Origin: an uncultured Clostridia bacterium
Lineage (GTDB): Bacteria > Bacillota > Clostridia > TANB77 > CAG-508
DNA: 64,000 bases
Reading direction: 5' to 3'
NCBI GenBank assembly: GCA_947593355.1
Contig: CANQDO010000001.1
Span: forward strand, 169 to 64,168
The translations under genes were made by a program, and so were the position numbers. Shown one piece after another: positions 38,209-47,994 of the stretch. Under the pieces are notes generated by a model, which ran no database searches, was not told the origin of the DNA, and saw only the letters and a program-made list of their open reading frames with translations. Numbering within the stretch: position 1 is the stretch's first letter; the number at the start of each line of letters is the position of its first letter.

Positions 38209-39198
38209 TTGAGAAAAATTGCAATAATAGGAAGTGGAAGTTGGGGAACAGCATTGGCAATACATTTAGCAAAATTAGGTAACGAAGTAAAAGTATGGTC
38301 TTTTTTACAAGAAGAAGCGGATTTAATAAATAATGAAAAAAAATGCAAATTTTTGCCTGAAATTACAATACCAGAGGGAATATATTGTACTACTTCATAT
38401 CAAGAGGCAATAGAAGGCAGTGAATATATTTTACATGTAACGCCATCAAAGCATACTAGAAGTACTGTAAAAGAATACAAAAAATATGTAACAAATCAAA
38501 CAATAGTAATATGTACAAAAGGTTTTGAATCAGAAACTTTATATACATTAGATGAAGTTTTTAAAGAAGAAATGCCAAATACAAATTTAGCAGTTCTTTC
38601 AGGTCCAAGCCATGCAGAAGAAGTTTCAAAAGGAATGCCTACACTAATGGTTATTTCTTCTGAAAATATGAAAGTTGCGCAAGATTTACAAGATATATTC
38701 ATGAATGAAAATTTAAGAGTATATTTGTCAGAAGATATGAAAGGAATAGAGCTTGGAGGAGCTTTAAAGAATATAATTGCATTTTGTGCAGGTGTTGCAG
38801 CAGGAATAGGTTTAGGAGATAACAGCTTTGCAGCATTAATAACAAGAGGTCTTACAGAAATTTCAAGATTGGGAGTATTCCTTGGTGGAAAAAAAGAAAC
38901 ATTTTATGGTTTGACAGGTCTAGGAGATTTAATAGTTACATGTTTAAGCGAACATAGTAGAAATAGAAGAGCTGGAAAAATGATGGGTCAAGGCAAAAGC
39001 TTAGAAGAAACCAGAAAAGAAATAGGTATGGTAATAGAAGGAGTAGATAATATTGAAGTTGCTTATAAACTTGCACAAAAATATGAAGTAGAAGTACCTA
39101 TTATAGATGCAGTATACAATATGTTACATAATGGACTTAAACCAGATGTAGCAGTAAATATGCTTATGACAAGAGAAAAGAAATCTGAAATTGAATAA
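38209..39198 (+). CDS. gpsA: NAD(P)H-dependent glycerol-3-phosphate dehydrogenase, TTG start
   Basis: IAIIGSGSWGTALA Rossmann motif and GLGDLIVTC. Conserved der-plsY-gpsA order. Confidence 0.9.
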   Translation: MRKIAIIGSGSWGTALAIHLAKLGNEVKVWSFLQEEADLINNEKKCKFLPEITIPEGIYCTTSYQEAIEGSEYILHVTPSKHTRSTVKEYKKYVTNQTIVICTKGFESETLYTLDEVFKEEMPNTNLAVLSGPSHAEEVSKGMPTLMVISSENMKVAQDLQDIFMNENLRVYLSEDMKGIELGGALKNIIAFCAGVAAGIGLGDNSFAALITRGLTEISRLGVFLGGKKETFYGLTGLGDLIVTCLSEHSRNRRAGKMMGQGKSLEETRKEIGMVIEGVDNIEVAYKLAQKYEVEVPIIDAVYNMLHNGLKPDVAVNMLMTREKKSEIE

Positions 39199-39320
39199 AT
39201 GAGAGTTATATGTTAATTGAATAAATGAAATTTATATGCTAGTTGAACAAATGAGAGATATATGTTAATTGAATAAATGAGAGTTATACGTTAATTGAAT
39301 AAATGAAATTTACATATTTG
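39191..39320. repeat. five tandem copies of a 26-bp unit TTGAATAAATGAGAGTTATATGTTAA, beginning inside the last codons of gpsA
   Basis: Units at 39191, 39217, 39243, 39269 and 39295. About 85-95% identity; the last copy is degenerate. Confidence 0.85.
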
Positions 39321-39349
39321 CATAAAGTTAGAAAGGAATGTGAATTTTT

Positions 39350-39787
39350 GTGAGATTAGTTGTACAAAGAGTAAAAAATGCAAAGGTTACAGTAGATAAT
39401 GAAATAACTGGTCAAATTGAACAAGGTTACCTTGTTCTTTTAGGTGTAGCGCCAACAGATACAAAGGAGACCGCAGACTATTTAGTTCAAAAACTAATAA
39501 AATTAAGAATTTTTACAGATGAAAATGATAAAATGAATTTATCATTAAAAGATATTAATGGGGAATTATTAGTAGTTTCTCAATTTACTTTATATGCAGA
39601 TTGCACAGGAGGAAATAGACCAAGCTTTATAAATGCAGCAAAACCAGATTTAGCAAATGAATTATATGAATATTTTATGGAGCAATGTAGAAAAGAAGGA
39701 ATAAAAACACAGCATGGTACTTTTGGTGCCCACATGGAAGTAGAACTTCTAAATAATGGACCAGTTACTATCATTTTAGAAAAATAA
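39350..39787 (+). CDS. dtd: D-aminoacyl-tRNA deacylase, GTG start
   Basis: MRLVVQRV...SQFTLYADC...GNRPSF is canonical Dtd. Confidence 0.9.
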   Translation: MRLVVQRVKNAKVTVDNEITGQIEQGYLVLLGVAPTDTKETADYLVQKLIKLRIFTDENDKMNLSLKDINGELLVVSQFTLYADCTGGNRPSFINAAKPDLANELYEYFMEQCRKEGIKTQHGTFGAHMEVELLNNGPVTIILEK

Positions 39788-39805
39788 ACTATATTAATGT
39801 TAAAA

Positions 39806-40129
39806 CTAATATGGAAACCTTTCATATAAGTATCGAATGATTTCATCAGCATTTTGGTCTGTAACATTAATATAAACGTCCGAATCAATAGATATCCACA
39901 TATTGATTTTGAATTTATCATTATTATCTATGAAAGTACCTATTATATCAGTCATTTCGATAGGGTTATCATAGTTATTTTGCCATTCTAAATCATCAGC
40001 CGTTATAGAATAATGGCTGTTTTTTGTTTTTGATTCTGAATGAATATTTTTATCAGAATTGTAGAAACTATTTAAAAATTTAAAAATTTCATTTTTTTCA
40101 TTACTATATAATTTTACTGTAGTATACAT
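39806..40129 (-). CDS. small hypothetical protein
   Basis: AAGGAG RBS. 107 aa. No family recognised. Confidence 0.45.
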   Translation of the reverse strand: MYTTVKLYSNEKNEIFKFLNSFYNSDKNIHSESKTKNSHYSITADDLEWQNNYDNPIEMTDIIGTFIDNNDKFKINMWISIDSDVYINVTDQNADEIIRYLYERFPY

Positions 40130-40226
40130 AAAAATCTCCTTTTAATTATATTATGAAAATTTTTTTTATATCTATACAAGGAATAAAATTGAAATTTTAT
40201 ACGATAATAATTAAAAGAGGTGGAAT

Positions 40227-41225
40227 ATGAAAAATAAATTTTTAACATATATATTTGTAATTATATTGTGCTTAAGTCTTACTTTTTTGTTAACTGGTTG
40301 TGGCGAAACGAATAAAACAAAGGAAAAAGTAGGGCAAGAAGTAAAGTTAGTAGAAAATAAATTGGTGGCAATGATTAATGGCTTAAATAATATTAAACTT
40401 ACAAACTATGTTTTAGCACAGGAAGATATGTCAAGTGAAAGTTCGAGTCAAAATGGTCAAAATCAAAAATCAGGTTCAGAAAGTGGAGAATCAGATAGTA
40501 GTGGTTCAGAAGGAGGAGAATCCTCTGAAGGTGGAGGTTCTTCAGAAGGTGGAAGTTCTTCGGAAGGTGGTAAAGAAGCATCTTCAGGAGGAGATTCTGG
40601 CAAAAGTGGAGGATCTTCTGGCGGAAATTCATCAGATAGTTCAGACTCTAAATCATCTATGATTCAATATGAAATGAAAGAACAAGGAATTTTGGAAAAT
40701 AATCAAGAGGTAGATTGGAAAGCTACAAAAAATGAAGTAGAAAATCTGTATTCTGTATGGTCAAATATAATAGTAGATTTACATTCTGTAAATGTAAGTA
40801 ATGAAGATATTTTAAGCTTTAGTAATCAATTAGATGATTTAATTGTAGATGTTCAAAATGAAGATAAAGTAAATACATCTGCTATGCTTGCAAATTTGTA
40901 TTCATATATACCAAAGTATGCAGAGCATTATACTGATGATTCAAATAATATAAATTTATTATATGCTAAATCTAATGTAATAGCCTCTTATGCTTTAATA
41001 GAGCAAAATGACTGGAATGGAGCAAAACAGCGAATTACGACAGCTCAAGAATATGTTACAAATATGATAAATAATGCAAATGAAAAAAGTGTTCAAAATC
41101 AGAAGAAAATGAGTAAAGTTTATGTATCATTAGGAGAGTTTAATAATTGCATTGATAAACAGGATAAATCATTATATTATATAAAATACAAGAGTTTGAT
41201 GGAAAATGTCGAAAACGTTGAATAG
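40227..41225 (+). CDS. lipoprotein with a Ser/Gly/Glu-rich low-complexity linker
   Basis: Lipobox LLTGC after the signal peptide. A degenerate SEGG repeat block is encoded by tandem nucleotide repeats at 40430-40640. Confidence 0.6.
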   Translation: MKNKFLTYIFVIILCLSLTFLLTGCGETNKTKEKVGQEVKLVENKLVAMINGLNNIKLTNYVLAQEDMSSESSSQNGQNQKSGSESGESDSSGSEGGESSEGGGSSEGGSSSEGGKEASSGGDSGKSGGSSGGNSSDSSDSKSSMIQYEMKEQGILENNQEVDWKATKNEVENLYSVWSNIIVDLHSVNVSNEDILSFSNQLDDLIVDVQNEDKVNTSAMLANLYSYIPKYAEHYTDDSNNINLLYAKSNVIASYALIEQNDWNGAKQRITTAQEYVTNMINNANEKSVQNQKKMSKVYVSLGEFNNCIDKQDKSLYYIKYKSLMENVENVE

Positions 41226-41282
41226 ATTACGTCGCTTTAAAGAAGATAGAATTATTAAATACATGAGAATAGTGCAGTATCT

Positions 41283-41311
41283 TGACTTTTTATGATATAC
41301 GTATTAAAATA
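41283..41311 (+). promoter_or_regulatory. promoter: TTGACT, 17-bp spacer, TAAAAT, for rnpB
   Basis: Read directly, about 15 bp upstream of the RNase P RNA 5' end. Confidence 0.55.
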
Positions 41312-41325
41312 ATATTATGAGTAAA

Positions 41326-41665
41326 TTGAATAGTCGCGTATAGCAATACCGAAAGGTTGCGTACGAGGAAAGTCCGGGCTCCACAGAGCAATGATGCTGG
41401 ATAACGTCCAGTGAGGGAGACCTCAAGGAAAGTGCAACAGAAAATTACCGCCTAAATATTTAGGTAAGGGTGAAAAGGCGAGGTAAGAGCTCACCAGTTC
41501 TATGGTGACATAGAATGTTGTGTAAACCCCATCTGGAGCAACACCGTAAAAGAAGGCTAAGACTGCTCGTCATCTTCTAACTCGGTGGCTGTAAGTTCTA
41601 TAGTAATATAGAAAGTAGATAAATGACTATTCACGACAGAACCCGGCTTACAGATTTACTTATAT
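41326..41665 (+). ncRNA. rnpB: RNase P RNA (bacterial type B)
   Basis: Universal motifs GAGGAAAGTCCGGGCTCCACAG and ACAGAACCCGGCTTA. The 5' and 3' ends pair to form P1. Confidence 0.9.
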
Positions 41666-41667
41666 AT

Positions 41668-41700
41668 GAAAGAACTCGGTATAAAGCCGAGTTCTTTACA
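41668..41700. terminator. hairpin terminator, 10-bp stem AAGAACTCGG/CCGAGTTCTT, probably bidirectional
   Basis: Lies between rnpB (+) and the convergent rluD-like gene (-). Confidence 0.6.
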
Positions 41701-42584
41701 ATTTTATAAAATATTTTAAATCATTTGGAAATGGAGCAGTGTAGCTTACAATATTTTTCGTAAGTGGATGTTCAAAAGAAACTTTATAACTATGTAAAGC
41801 TTGTCTATTTATAAAAGTTGTATTTCCTCCATATAAGTCATCACCTAAAAGAGGATGCTTTATATATGACATATGAACACGGATTTGATGAGTTCTTCCT
41901 GTTTCTAAGGTACATTTTACAATGGAAATAGGAAAATTATTTATCGTAAGTTCTTGTAATACTTCATAATGGGTAATAGAAGGGCTTCCATTACTATCTA
42001 TACATCTTTCGATAATGCTATTTTCTTTTCTTGCTATTGGAAAATTAATAGTTCCGCTTCTTATTTTCAAAATAACCTTCTACAATAGCAATATATTCCT
42101 TAGAAAATTTTTTTGAATTCATCTGTTTTATAAGCATTTCTTGAATATACTCATTTTTAGCAAAAATAACAATTCCAGAAGTATCTTTATCAATTCTATT
42201 AACAGGTCTAATTTTCTTTTGTAATCCAATAGAATCAAAATAATATTTTATACCATTAGAAAGGCTATCCTCAAAATGCAAAATAGATGGATGTACAGCA
42301 ATTCCAGCAGGTTTATTTATAACAATATAGCTATCATCTTCATACAAAATATCTAAATTCATTTTAATTGGAATTATATTGGAATTATCCTCTCCATAAT
42401 CCAATTTAACGCAAACACAGTCTCCTATAGTAACTGTAGAATTAACAGAGGTAGGAGAGTTGTTTAAAAATATGTTATTAGTATTTTTTAATTTTATTAA
42501 CAATCTATGTGAAATATGAAAATATGCTGAAAGCACATCTTTTACAGTTTTATAATTTGTATCAACTTTATAATATAATTCCAT
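41696..42584 (-). pseudogene. RluA/RluD-family 23S rRNA pseudouridine synthase, split by a frameshift near 42056
   Basis: The N-part (S4 domain plus RIDKDTSGIVIFAKN) stops at 42045. The C-part (GTINFPIAR...HQIRVHM) continues in another frame. Removing the C in aagaagCggaact rejoins them. Confidence 0.75.
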
Positions 42585-42740
42585 AACAATTCCTTTCATA
42601 GTATAAGTATATCATAAATTTCTATAAAAATATTAATATGAACTAGCAAAAATAAAATAAATTAAAAAAATCACTTGTGCTTTATAAAAATTCCTTATAT
42701 AATATGGGTATTAAGTAAATGGAAAGGAATGAGAAAAAGA

Positions 42741-43742
42741 ATGTCTTTTATAGAAGAGATAAAACAAAGGGCAAAGCAGGATATAAAGACTATAGTTTTA
42801 CCAGAGAGTAATGATGTAAGAGTTTTAGAAGCTGCATCAATGGCATTAAAAGAAGGTTATAGCGATATTATATTAATTGGAAAACAAGAAGAAGTTTTAA
42901 AATTGGCAAAAGAAAATAATTTTGATATATCAAAGGCAAAAATAATAAACCCAGAAACATCAGAAAATTTCAATAGATATGCCAATGAATTTTACGAATT
43001 AAGAAAAGCTAAAGGAATGACACAAGATAAAGCAAAAGAATTAATGAATGATTATACTTATTTTGGAATGATGATGGTAAAATTAGGTGAAGCAGATGGT
43101 TTAGTATCTGGAGCATGTCACTCAACAGCCAATACCTTAAGACCAGCACTTCAAATATTAAAAACAGCACCAGGAACCAAACTTGTATCTGCATTTTTCT
43201 TAATGATAGTGCCAGATTGTGAATATGGAGAAAATGGAACATTTATATTTTCAGATTGTGGTTTAAATGAATATCCAGATGCAGATAGTTTATCTGAAAT
43301 AGCAATATCATCTAGTAAAAGTTTTGAACAATTAGTAGGAAAGCCTTCTAAAGTGGCAATGCTTTCATATTCTACATATGGAAGTGCATCATCACCACTT
43401 ACGCAAAAGGTTATAGAGGCTACTAAATTATTAAAAGAAAAGGCACCAGATTTAATTGCAGATGGAGAATTGCAATTAGATGCAGCAATAATTCCAGAAG
43501 TAGGGGCAAGTAAAGCACCAGGAAGCCCAGTTGCAGGGCATGCAAATACATTAATATTCCCAGATTTAGATGCAGGCAATATAGGTTATAAATTAGTTCA
43601 AAGGTTAGGAAAGGCAGAAGCCTATGGACCACTATGCCAGGGAATAGCAAGACCAGTAAATGATTTATCAAGAGGATGCAGTAGTAGCGATGTTGCAGGA
43701 GTTATTGCAATTACAGCTGTTCAAGCACAAACTAAATGTTAA
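42741..43742 (+). CDS. pta: phosphate acetyltransferase
   Basis: MSFIEEIKQRAK... is a typical Pta N-terminus, with a PTA_PTB domain throughout. The track's upstream extension was rejected. Confidence 0.9.
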   Translation: MSFIEEIKQRAKQDIKTIVLPESNDVRVLEAASMALKEGYSDIILIGKQEEVLKLAKENNFDISKAKIINPETSENFNRYANEFYELRKAKGMTQDKAKELMNDYTYFGMMMVKLGEADGLVSGACHSTANTLRPALQILKTAPGTKLVSAFFLMIVPDCEYGENGTFIFSDCGLNEYPDADSLSEIAISSSKSFEQLVGKPSKVAMLSYSTYGSASSPLTQKVIEATKLLKEKAPDLIADGELQLDAAIIPEVGASKAPGSPVAGHANTLIFPDLDAGNIGYKLVQRLGKAEAYGPLCQGIARPVNDLSRGCSSSDVAGVIAITAVQAQTKC

Positions 43743-43767
43743 TATAAAATATATAGGGGGTAAAAAA

Positions 43768-44958
43768 ATGAAAGTATTAGTAATTAATTGTGGAAGTTCT
43801 TCAGTAAAATATCAATTAATGGATATGGATAAAGAAGAAGTAATGGCAAAAGGAAATTATGAAAAAATAGGACAAAATGGTTCTTTCTTAACACATAAAG
43901 TAGGAGGAGAAAAATATAAATTTGAAAAAGATGCAAAAAATCATGATGAAGCTATTAAATTAGTATTAGAGCAATTAACAGACAAAGATCATGGAGTTAT
44001 ATCTAGTTTAGATGAAATTAATGCAGTAGGACATAGAATAGTACATGGAGGAGAAAAGTTCACAGAATCTGTAGTTATAGATGATGAAGTTATAAAAGGA
44101 ATAGAAGATGCAATAAAATTTGCACCACTTCATAATCCAGCACATTTACAAGGTATTCGTGCATGTCAAAAAGAGCTTCCAGGAAAGCCAAATGTAGCAG
44201 TATTTGACACAGCATTTCATCAAACAATGCCAAAAGAGCACTATTTATACCCAATACCTTATGAGTATTATGAAAAATATGGTGTTAGAAAATATGGTGC
44301 ACATGGCACTTCTCATAAATATGTAGCACATAGAATAGCAGAACTTTTAGGAAAACCAATAGAAGATTTAAAAATTATAAACTGCCATATAGGTCAAGGT
44401 GCAAGTTTATGCGCAATTCAAAATGGAAAATGTACAGATACTTCAATGGGATTAACTCCACTTGGAGGTATTGCTATGGGAAGTAGATCAGGAGATTTAG
44501 ATCCATCTGTTGTAACATATATTATGGAACAAGAAAACTTAACACCACAAGAAATGAACACAATATTAAATAAAAAATCTGGATTACTTGCATTATCTGG
44601 AATTTCTGTTGATAATAGAGATTTAGAGGAAGCAATGGAAAAAGGTGACGAAAGAGCAGCATTTGCTTTAAAAGAATATCATTATATAATTGCTCAATAT
44701 ATAGCAAGGTATGCAGCTGCTATGAATGGTGTTGATGTTATAACATTTACAGCAGGAGTAGGAGAAAGAGGCCCTATTACTAGAGAAGATGTTTGTAGTT
44801 ATTTAGGATTTATGGGAGTAGAATTAGATAAAGAATTAAATAATGTAAAAGCTGTTGAAAGAGAAATATCAACTCCAAATTCAAAAGTTAAAGTATGGAT
44901 TGTTCCAACTGACGAAGAATTGATGATTGCTAGAGAAACAGTTGCATTAGCAAAATAA
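43768..44958 (+). CDS. ackA: acetate kinase
   Basis: MKVLVINCGSSSVKYQL, GHRIVHGG, FDTAFHQTMP and HGTSH motifs. AGGGGG RBS. Confidence 0.95.
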   Translation: MKVLVINCGSSSVKYQLMDMDKEEVMAKGNYEKIGQNGSFLTHKVGGEKYKFEKDAKNHDEAIKLVLEQLTDKDHGVISSLDEINAVGHRIVHGGEKFTESVVIDDEVIKGIEDAIKFAPLHNPAHLQGIRACQKELPGKPNVAVFDTAFHQTMPKEHYLYPIPYEYYEKYGVRKYGAHGTSHKYVAHRIAELLGKPIEDLKIINCHIGQGASLCAIQNGKCTDTSMGLTPLGGIAMGSRSGDLDPSVVTYIMEQENLTPQEMNTILNKKSGLLALSGISVDNRDLEEAMEKGDERAAFALKEYHYIIAQYIARYAAAMNGVDVITFTAGVGERGPITREDVCSYLGFMGVELDKELNNVKAVEREISTPNSKVKVWIVPTDEELMIARETVALAK

Positions 44959-44967
44959 ATAAGTTAA

Positions 44968-44999
44968 ATAAGGGACGAAGTATATGCGTCCCTTTTATA
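44968..44999 (+). terminator. rho-independent terminator, AAGGGACG/CGTCCCTT
   Basis: GC-rich stem followed by a T tract, after ackA. Confidence 0.6.
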
Positions 45000-45067
45000 C
45001 GAGTAATAATGCTGAAAAAAATTCTAGTAGAATTATGCATGCTCTATAAAAAGAAAGGAAAATTTAT

Positions 45068-46258
45068 ATGAAAATATTAGTATTAAATTGTGGTTCATCT
45101 TCTTTAAAATATCAATTAATAGATATGAGTAATGAAAAAGTAATGGCAAAAGGAAATTTTGAGAGAATAGGAGAACAGGAAGCATTTTTAACACATAAAA
45201 TAAATGGGGAAAAATTTGTTATAAAAAAACCTACATTAAATCATGCAGAGGCTTTAAAAACAGTTATGGATGAACTTCTAAATAAAGAACATCCAACAAT
45301 TAGTGATTTATCTGAAATTAGTGCAGTAGGACATAGAATAGTAGCAGGAGGAGAAATTTTTAATAAATCTACTTTTATAGATGAAGGAACAATTAAAGGA
45401 ATAGAAGAATGTAGTAAACTTGCACCACTTCATAATCCACCAGCTATTTTAGGAATAAGAGCTTGCCAGAAGGAGATGCCAAATGTCCCTATGGTAGCTA
45501 CTTTTGACACAGCATTTCACCAAACAATGCCAAAAGAAAATTATTTGTACCCAATACCTTATGAATACTATGAAAAATATGGCATAAGAAAATATGGAGC
45601 ACATGGAACATCACACAAATATGTTGCAGAAATTGCAGCAAATATGATTGGAAAAGATATAAAAGATTTAAAAATTGTTACATGCCATTTAGGTCAAGGT
45701 GCTAGTATTTGTGCTGTAGATGGAGGAAAATCTGTAGATACTTCAATGGGGTTAACACCTCTTGGTGGAATTCCTATGGTTACAAGGTCTGGAGATTTAG
45801 ATCCTTCAGTAGTTACATTTATAATGAAGAAGGAAGGCATTTCAGCAGATGAAATGGAAAGCATTTTAAATAAAAAATCAGGACTTTCAGCTATATCAAA
45901 ATTTGTACCAGATTTTAGAGAAATTGAAAGCGCATCTAAAAATGGCAATGAAGAAGCATTAATTGCAATTAATAAATTTGTTTCATCAGTAGCACAGTAT
46001 ATAGCAAGATATGCAGTTGTTATGGAAGGAATAGACGCAATAGTGTTTACTGGTGGAATTGGAGAAAACCAAATAAATGTAAGAGCAAGTATTTGCAAAA
46101 AGTTAAAATTTATGGGTGTAGAATTAGATAAAGAAAAGAATAATATAAAAGGAGAGGAAAGAGAGATTTCTTCTGCAAATTCAAAAGTTAAGTTATTTTT
46201 AATTCCTACTAATGAAGAACTTGTTATTGCAAGAGATACAATGGCTATAGTAAACTAA
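45068..46258 (+). CDS. acetate kinase paralog
   Basis: Full set of Ack motifs, about 60-65% identity to the upstream ackA. Own RBS. The stop codon lies inside MITE copy B. Confidence 0.9.
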   Translation: MKILVLNCGSSSLKYQLIDMSNEKVMAKGNFERIGEQEAFLTHKINGEKFVIKKPTLNHAEALKTVMDELLNKEHPTISDLSEISAVGHRIVAGGEIFNKSTFIDEGTIKGIEECSKLAPLHNPPAILGIRACQKEMPNVPMVATFDTAFHQTMPKENYLYPIPYEYYEKYGIRKYGAHGTSHKYVAEIAANMIGKDIKDLKIVTCHLGQGASICAVDGGKSVDTSMGLTPLGGIPMVTRSGDLDPSVVTFIMKKEGISADEMESILNKKSGLSAISKFVPDFREIESASKNGNEEALIAINKFVSSVAQYIARYAVVMEGIDAIVFTGGIGENQINVRASICKKLKFMGVELDKEKNNIKGEEREISSANSKVKLFLIPTNEELVIARDTMAIVN

Positions 46259-46519
46259 TAGGGACGGGGTTAAATAGTTTAGTGGATTATTATTTTAAAG
46301 CAAAACATGAATATATTATTTATTTAGTAACTCCCAGCTTCATAATAGCTTGCATGCAAATTTTATTTATGTAAAACTAGTTTTACAAATAAAATTTGTT
46401 TGCAAGCTATAATTTGCTGGTCCCCACAAAATGTTACTAAATAAATAATATATTAATGTTTTGCTTTTATAGTTACAATTATTTCCACTAAACTATTTAA
46501 CCCCGTCCCTATTAGTTTA
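46251..46519. mobile_element. MITE-like element, copy B (same orientation as A)
   Basis: Same 35-bp TIRs. The left TIR contributes the TAA stop and the final Asn codon of the ack paralog. Confidence 0.8.
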
Positions 46520-46814
46520 TGTATGGAATTAATAGCTCTTGAGAAGAAGAAAGATTACTTGTTTTCATATTATTTACATTTTTAATATCTTCTATTATTT
46601 CCCTTATGCTTTTACTTTTATAATATTCGTTATTTGCTTGTTCACTTTGGGCAATAGACCATAAAGTATCTCCATAAGAAGTATATATAGTTTTCCTTTT
46701 AATACTATCTGAATGTGACAAACTACGGTTTGATATAAATAAGCATATAGATAATGCTATAATAAACATAGAAACAATAAATGTTATAAATCTTTTTAAA
46801 TTTTTAATTCTCAT
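46512..46814 (-). CDS. small TM plus LysM-domain protein (YneA-like candidate)
   Basis: TM helix then a LysM motif (YTSYGDTLWSIAQ). AAAGGA RBS. 100 aa. Confidence 0.6.
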   Translation of the reverse strand: MRIKNLKRFITFIVSMFIIALSICLFISNRSLSHSDSIKRKTIYTSYGDTLWSIAQSEQANNEYYKSKSIREIIEDIKNVNNMKTSNLSSSQELLIPYIN

Positions 46815-47007
46815 AATAAATCAATCCTTTCGTAATCTATTTAAAATACACATAAGTATATTAAAATTAACAATGTAAATACAAACATATTTTTGTTTGA
46901 TTGTACACATTATATACGAACATATATTCTTTGTCAATACTTTTTGCAAAAAAATGTTCGTAAATTTTATTTAAGAAATATGTAAGAATTTTGTAAGGAG
47001 TAAATTA

Positions 47008-47036
47008 TTGACGATTTTATATAAAAATGTTATAAT
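47008..47036 (+). promoter_or_regulatory. promoter: TTGACG, 17-bp spacer, TATAAT
   Basis: Read directly, upstream of the GT2/GT1 pair. Confidence 0.55.
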
Positions 47037-47109
47037 ATAAGTGTTTAGGTAAAAAGAAATTAATTAATAGAATATATTGAAAGGAGGCACATCGGGGGTA
47101 TATAACCTG

Positions 47110-47994
47110 ATGCGTAATATTATGGATAAATGTAGATTCTCTGTAATAATAAGTGCATATAATGTAGAGCCATATATAGAAAGAGCAATAAATAGTGTAC
47201 TAAATCAAAATTTTGATAATTATGAATTAATAGTTGTAGAAGATAAATCAACAGATAAATCATTAGAAAAAATTATGCAATATAAAGGAAAAGTAAAAAT
47301 TATAAAAAACAAGAAAAATATGGGATTAGGCGCAGTTAGAAATATAGGTATCAAAAATGCAGTTGGAGAATACATTGTTCATTTAGATGGAGATGATACT
47401 TTATATAATGAATCAACATTAAAAGATATAGATAATTTAATTGGAAGCAATACGCCAGATATTGTTTTTTTAGGATTTCAAGAAATAAGTGGAAGCAACA
47501 GATTAAGAATATCTACAAAAGAAGATTCTACAAGAGAAGCAAGATTAATATGTGATACAAATTTTTCAGTTCCTAGTAAATGTTGGAGAAGAGAATTTTT
47601 AATAGAAAATGATATAAAATTTATTGAAGATGTATATTATGAAGACATGATTTATTCAATAAAAGCAGTTACGTTGGCTAAAGATACAATGTATGGAGAA
47701 TTTCCAATATTTAACTATTATAAAAATAGAGCAGGCAGTATAATGACAGTACCTTCAATTCGTAGATGTGTAGATATGTATAAAATGCTTGCATATTTGA
47801 TGGAAGTATATGGACAAGCACCAAAAGAGTTAAAACCATATGTGCTAAGTTTTATTATAAATGAAACTAAAAGTATACCATTCAAATTAAAAGGAATATT
47901 AAATGCAATAGAAAATAAAGAGAATTCTCCAATTTTTGCAAAGAGACAGTATAAATTTACAGATATAAATTCTATAACAGAGGAGGAGTTTTAG
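47110..47994 (+). CDS. family 2 glycosyltransferase
   Basis: FSVIISAYNVEPYIERAINSVLNQNFDNYELIVVEDKSTD...DGDD. The start is uncertain: ATG 47110 or 47122. Confidence 0.75.
   Translation: MRNIMDKCRFSVIISAYNVEPYIERAINSVLNQNFDNYELIVVEDKSTDKSLEKIMQYKGKVKIIKNKKNMGLGAVRNIGIKNAVGEYIVHLDGDDTLYNESTLKDIDNLIGSNTPDIVFLGFQEISGSNRLRISTKEDSTREARLICDTNFSVPSKCWRREFLIENDIKFIEDVYYEDMIYSIKAVTLAKDTMYGEFPIFNYYKNRAGSIMTVPSIRRCVDMYKMLAYLMEVYGQAPKELKPYVLSFIINETKSIPFKLKGILNAIENKENSPIFAKRQYKFTDINSITEEEF

Noticed and set aside
39191-39320. Possible CRISPR array.
   Set aside because: The repeats are contiguous 26-bp units with no unique spacers and there are no cas genes. It is a simple tandem repeat.
42675-43767. Long N-terminal extensions in the ORF track for pta (42675) and ackA (43660), and similarly asnB (33404), tarI (10061), the GH123-like gene (15177), the response regulator (27674) and spoVFB (51276).
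   Set aside because: Internal ATGs preceded by good RBSs give the canonical N-termini (MSFIEEIK, MKVLVINCGSS, MCGIVGF and so on). The extensions read through upstream terminators or RBSs.
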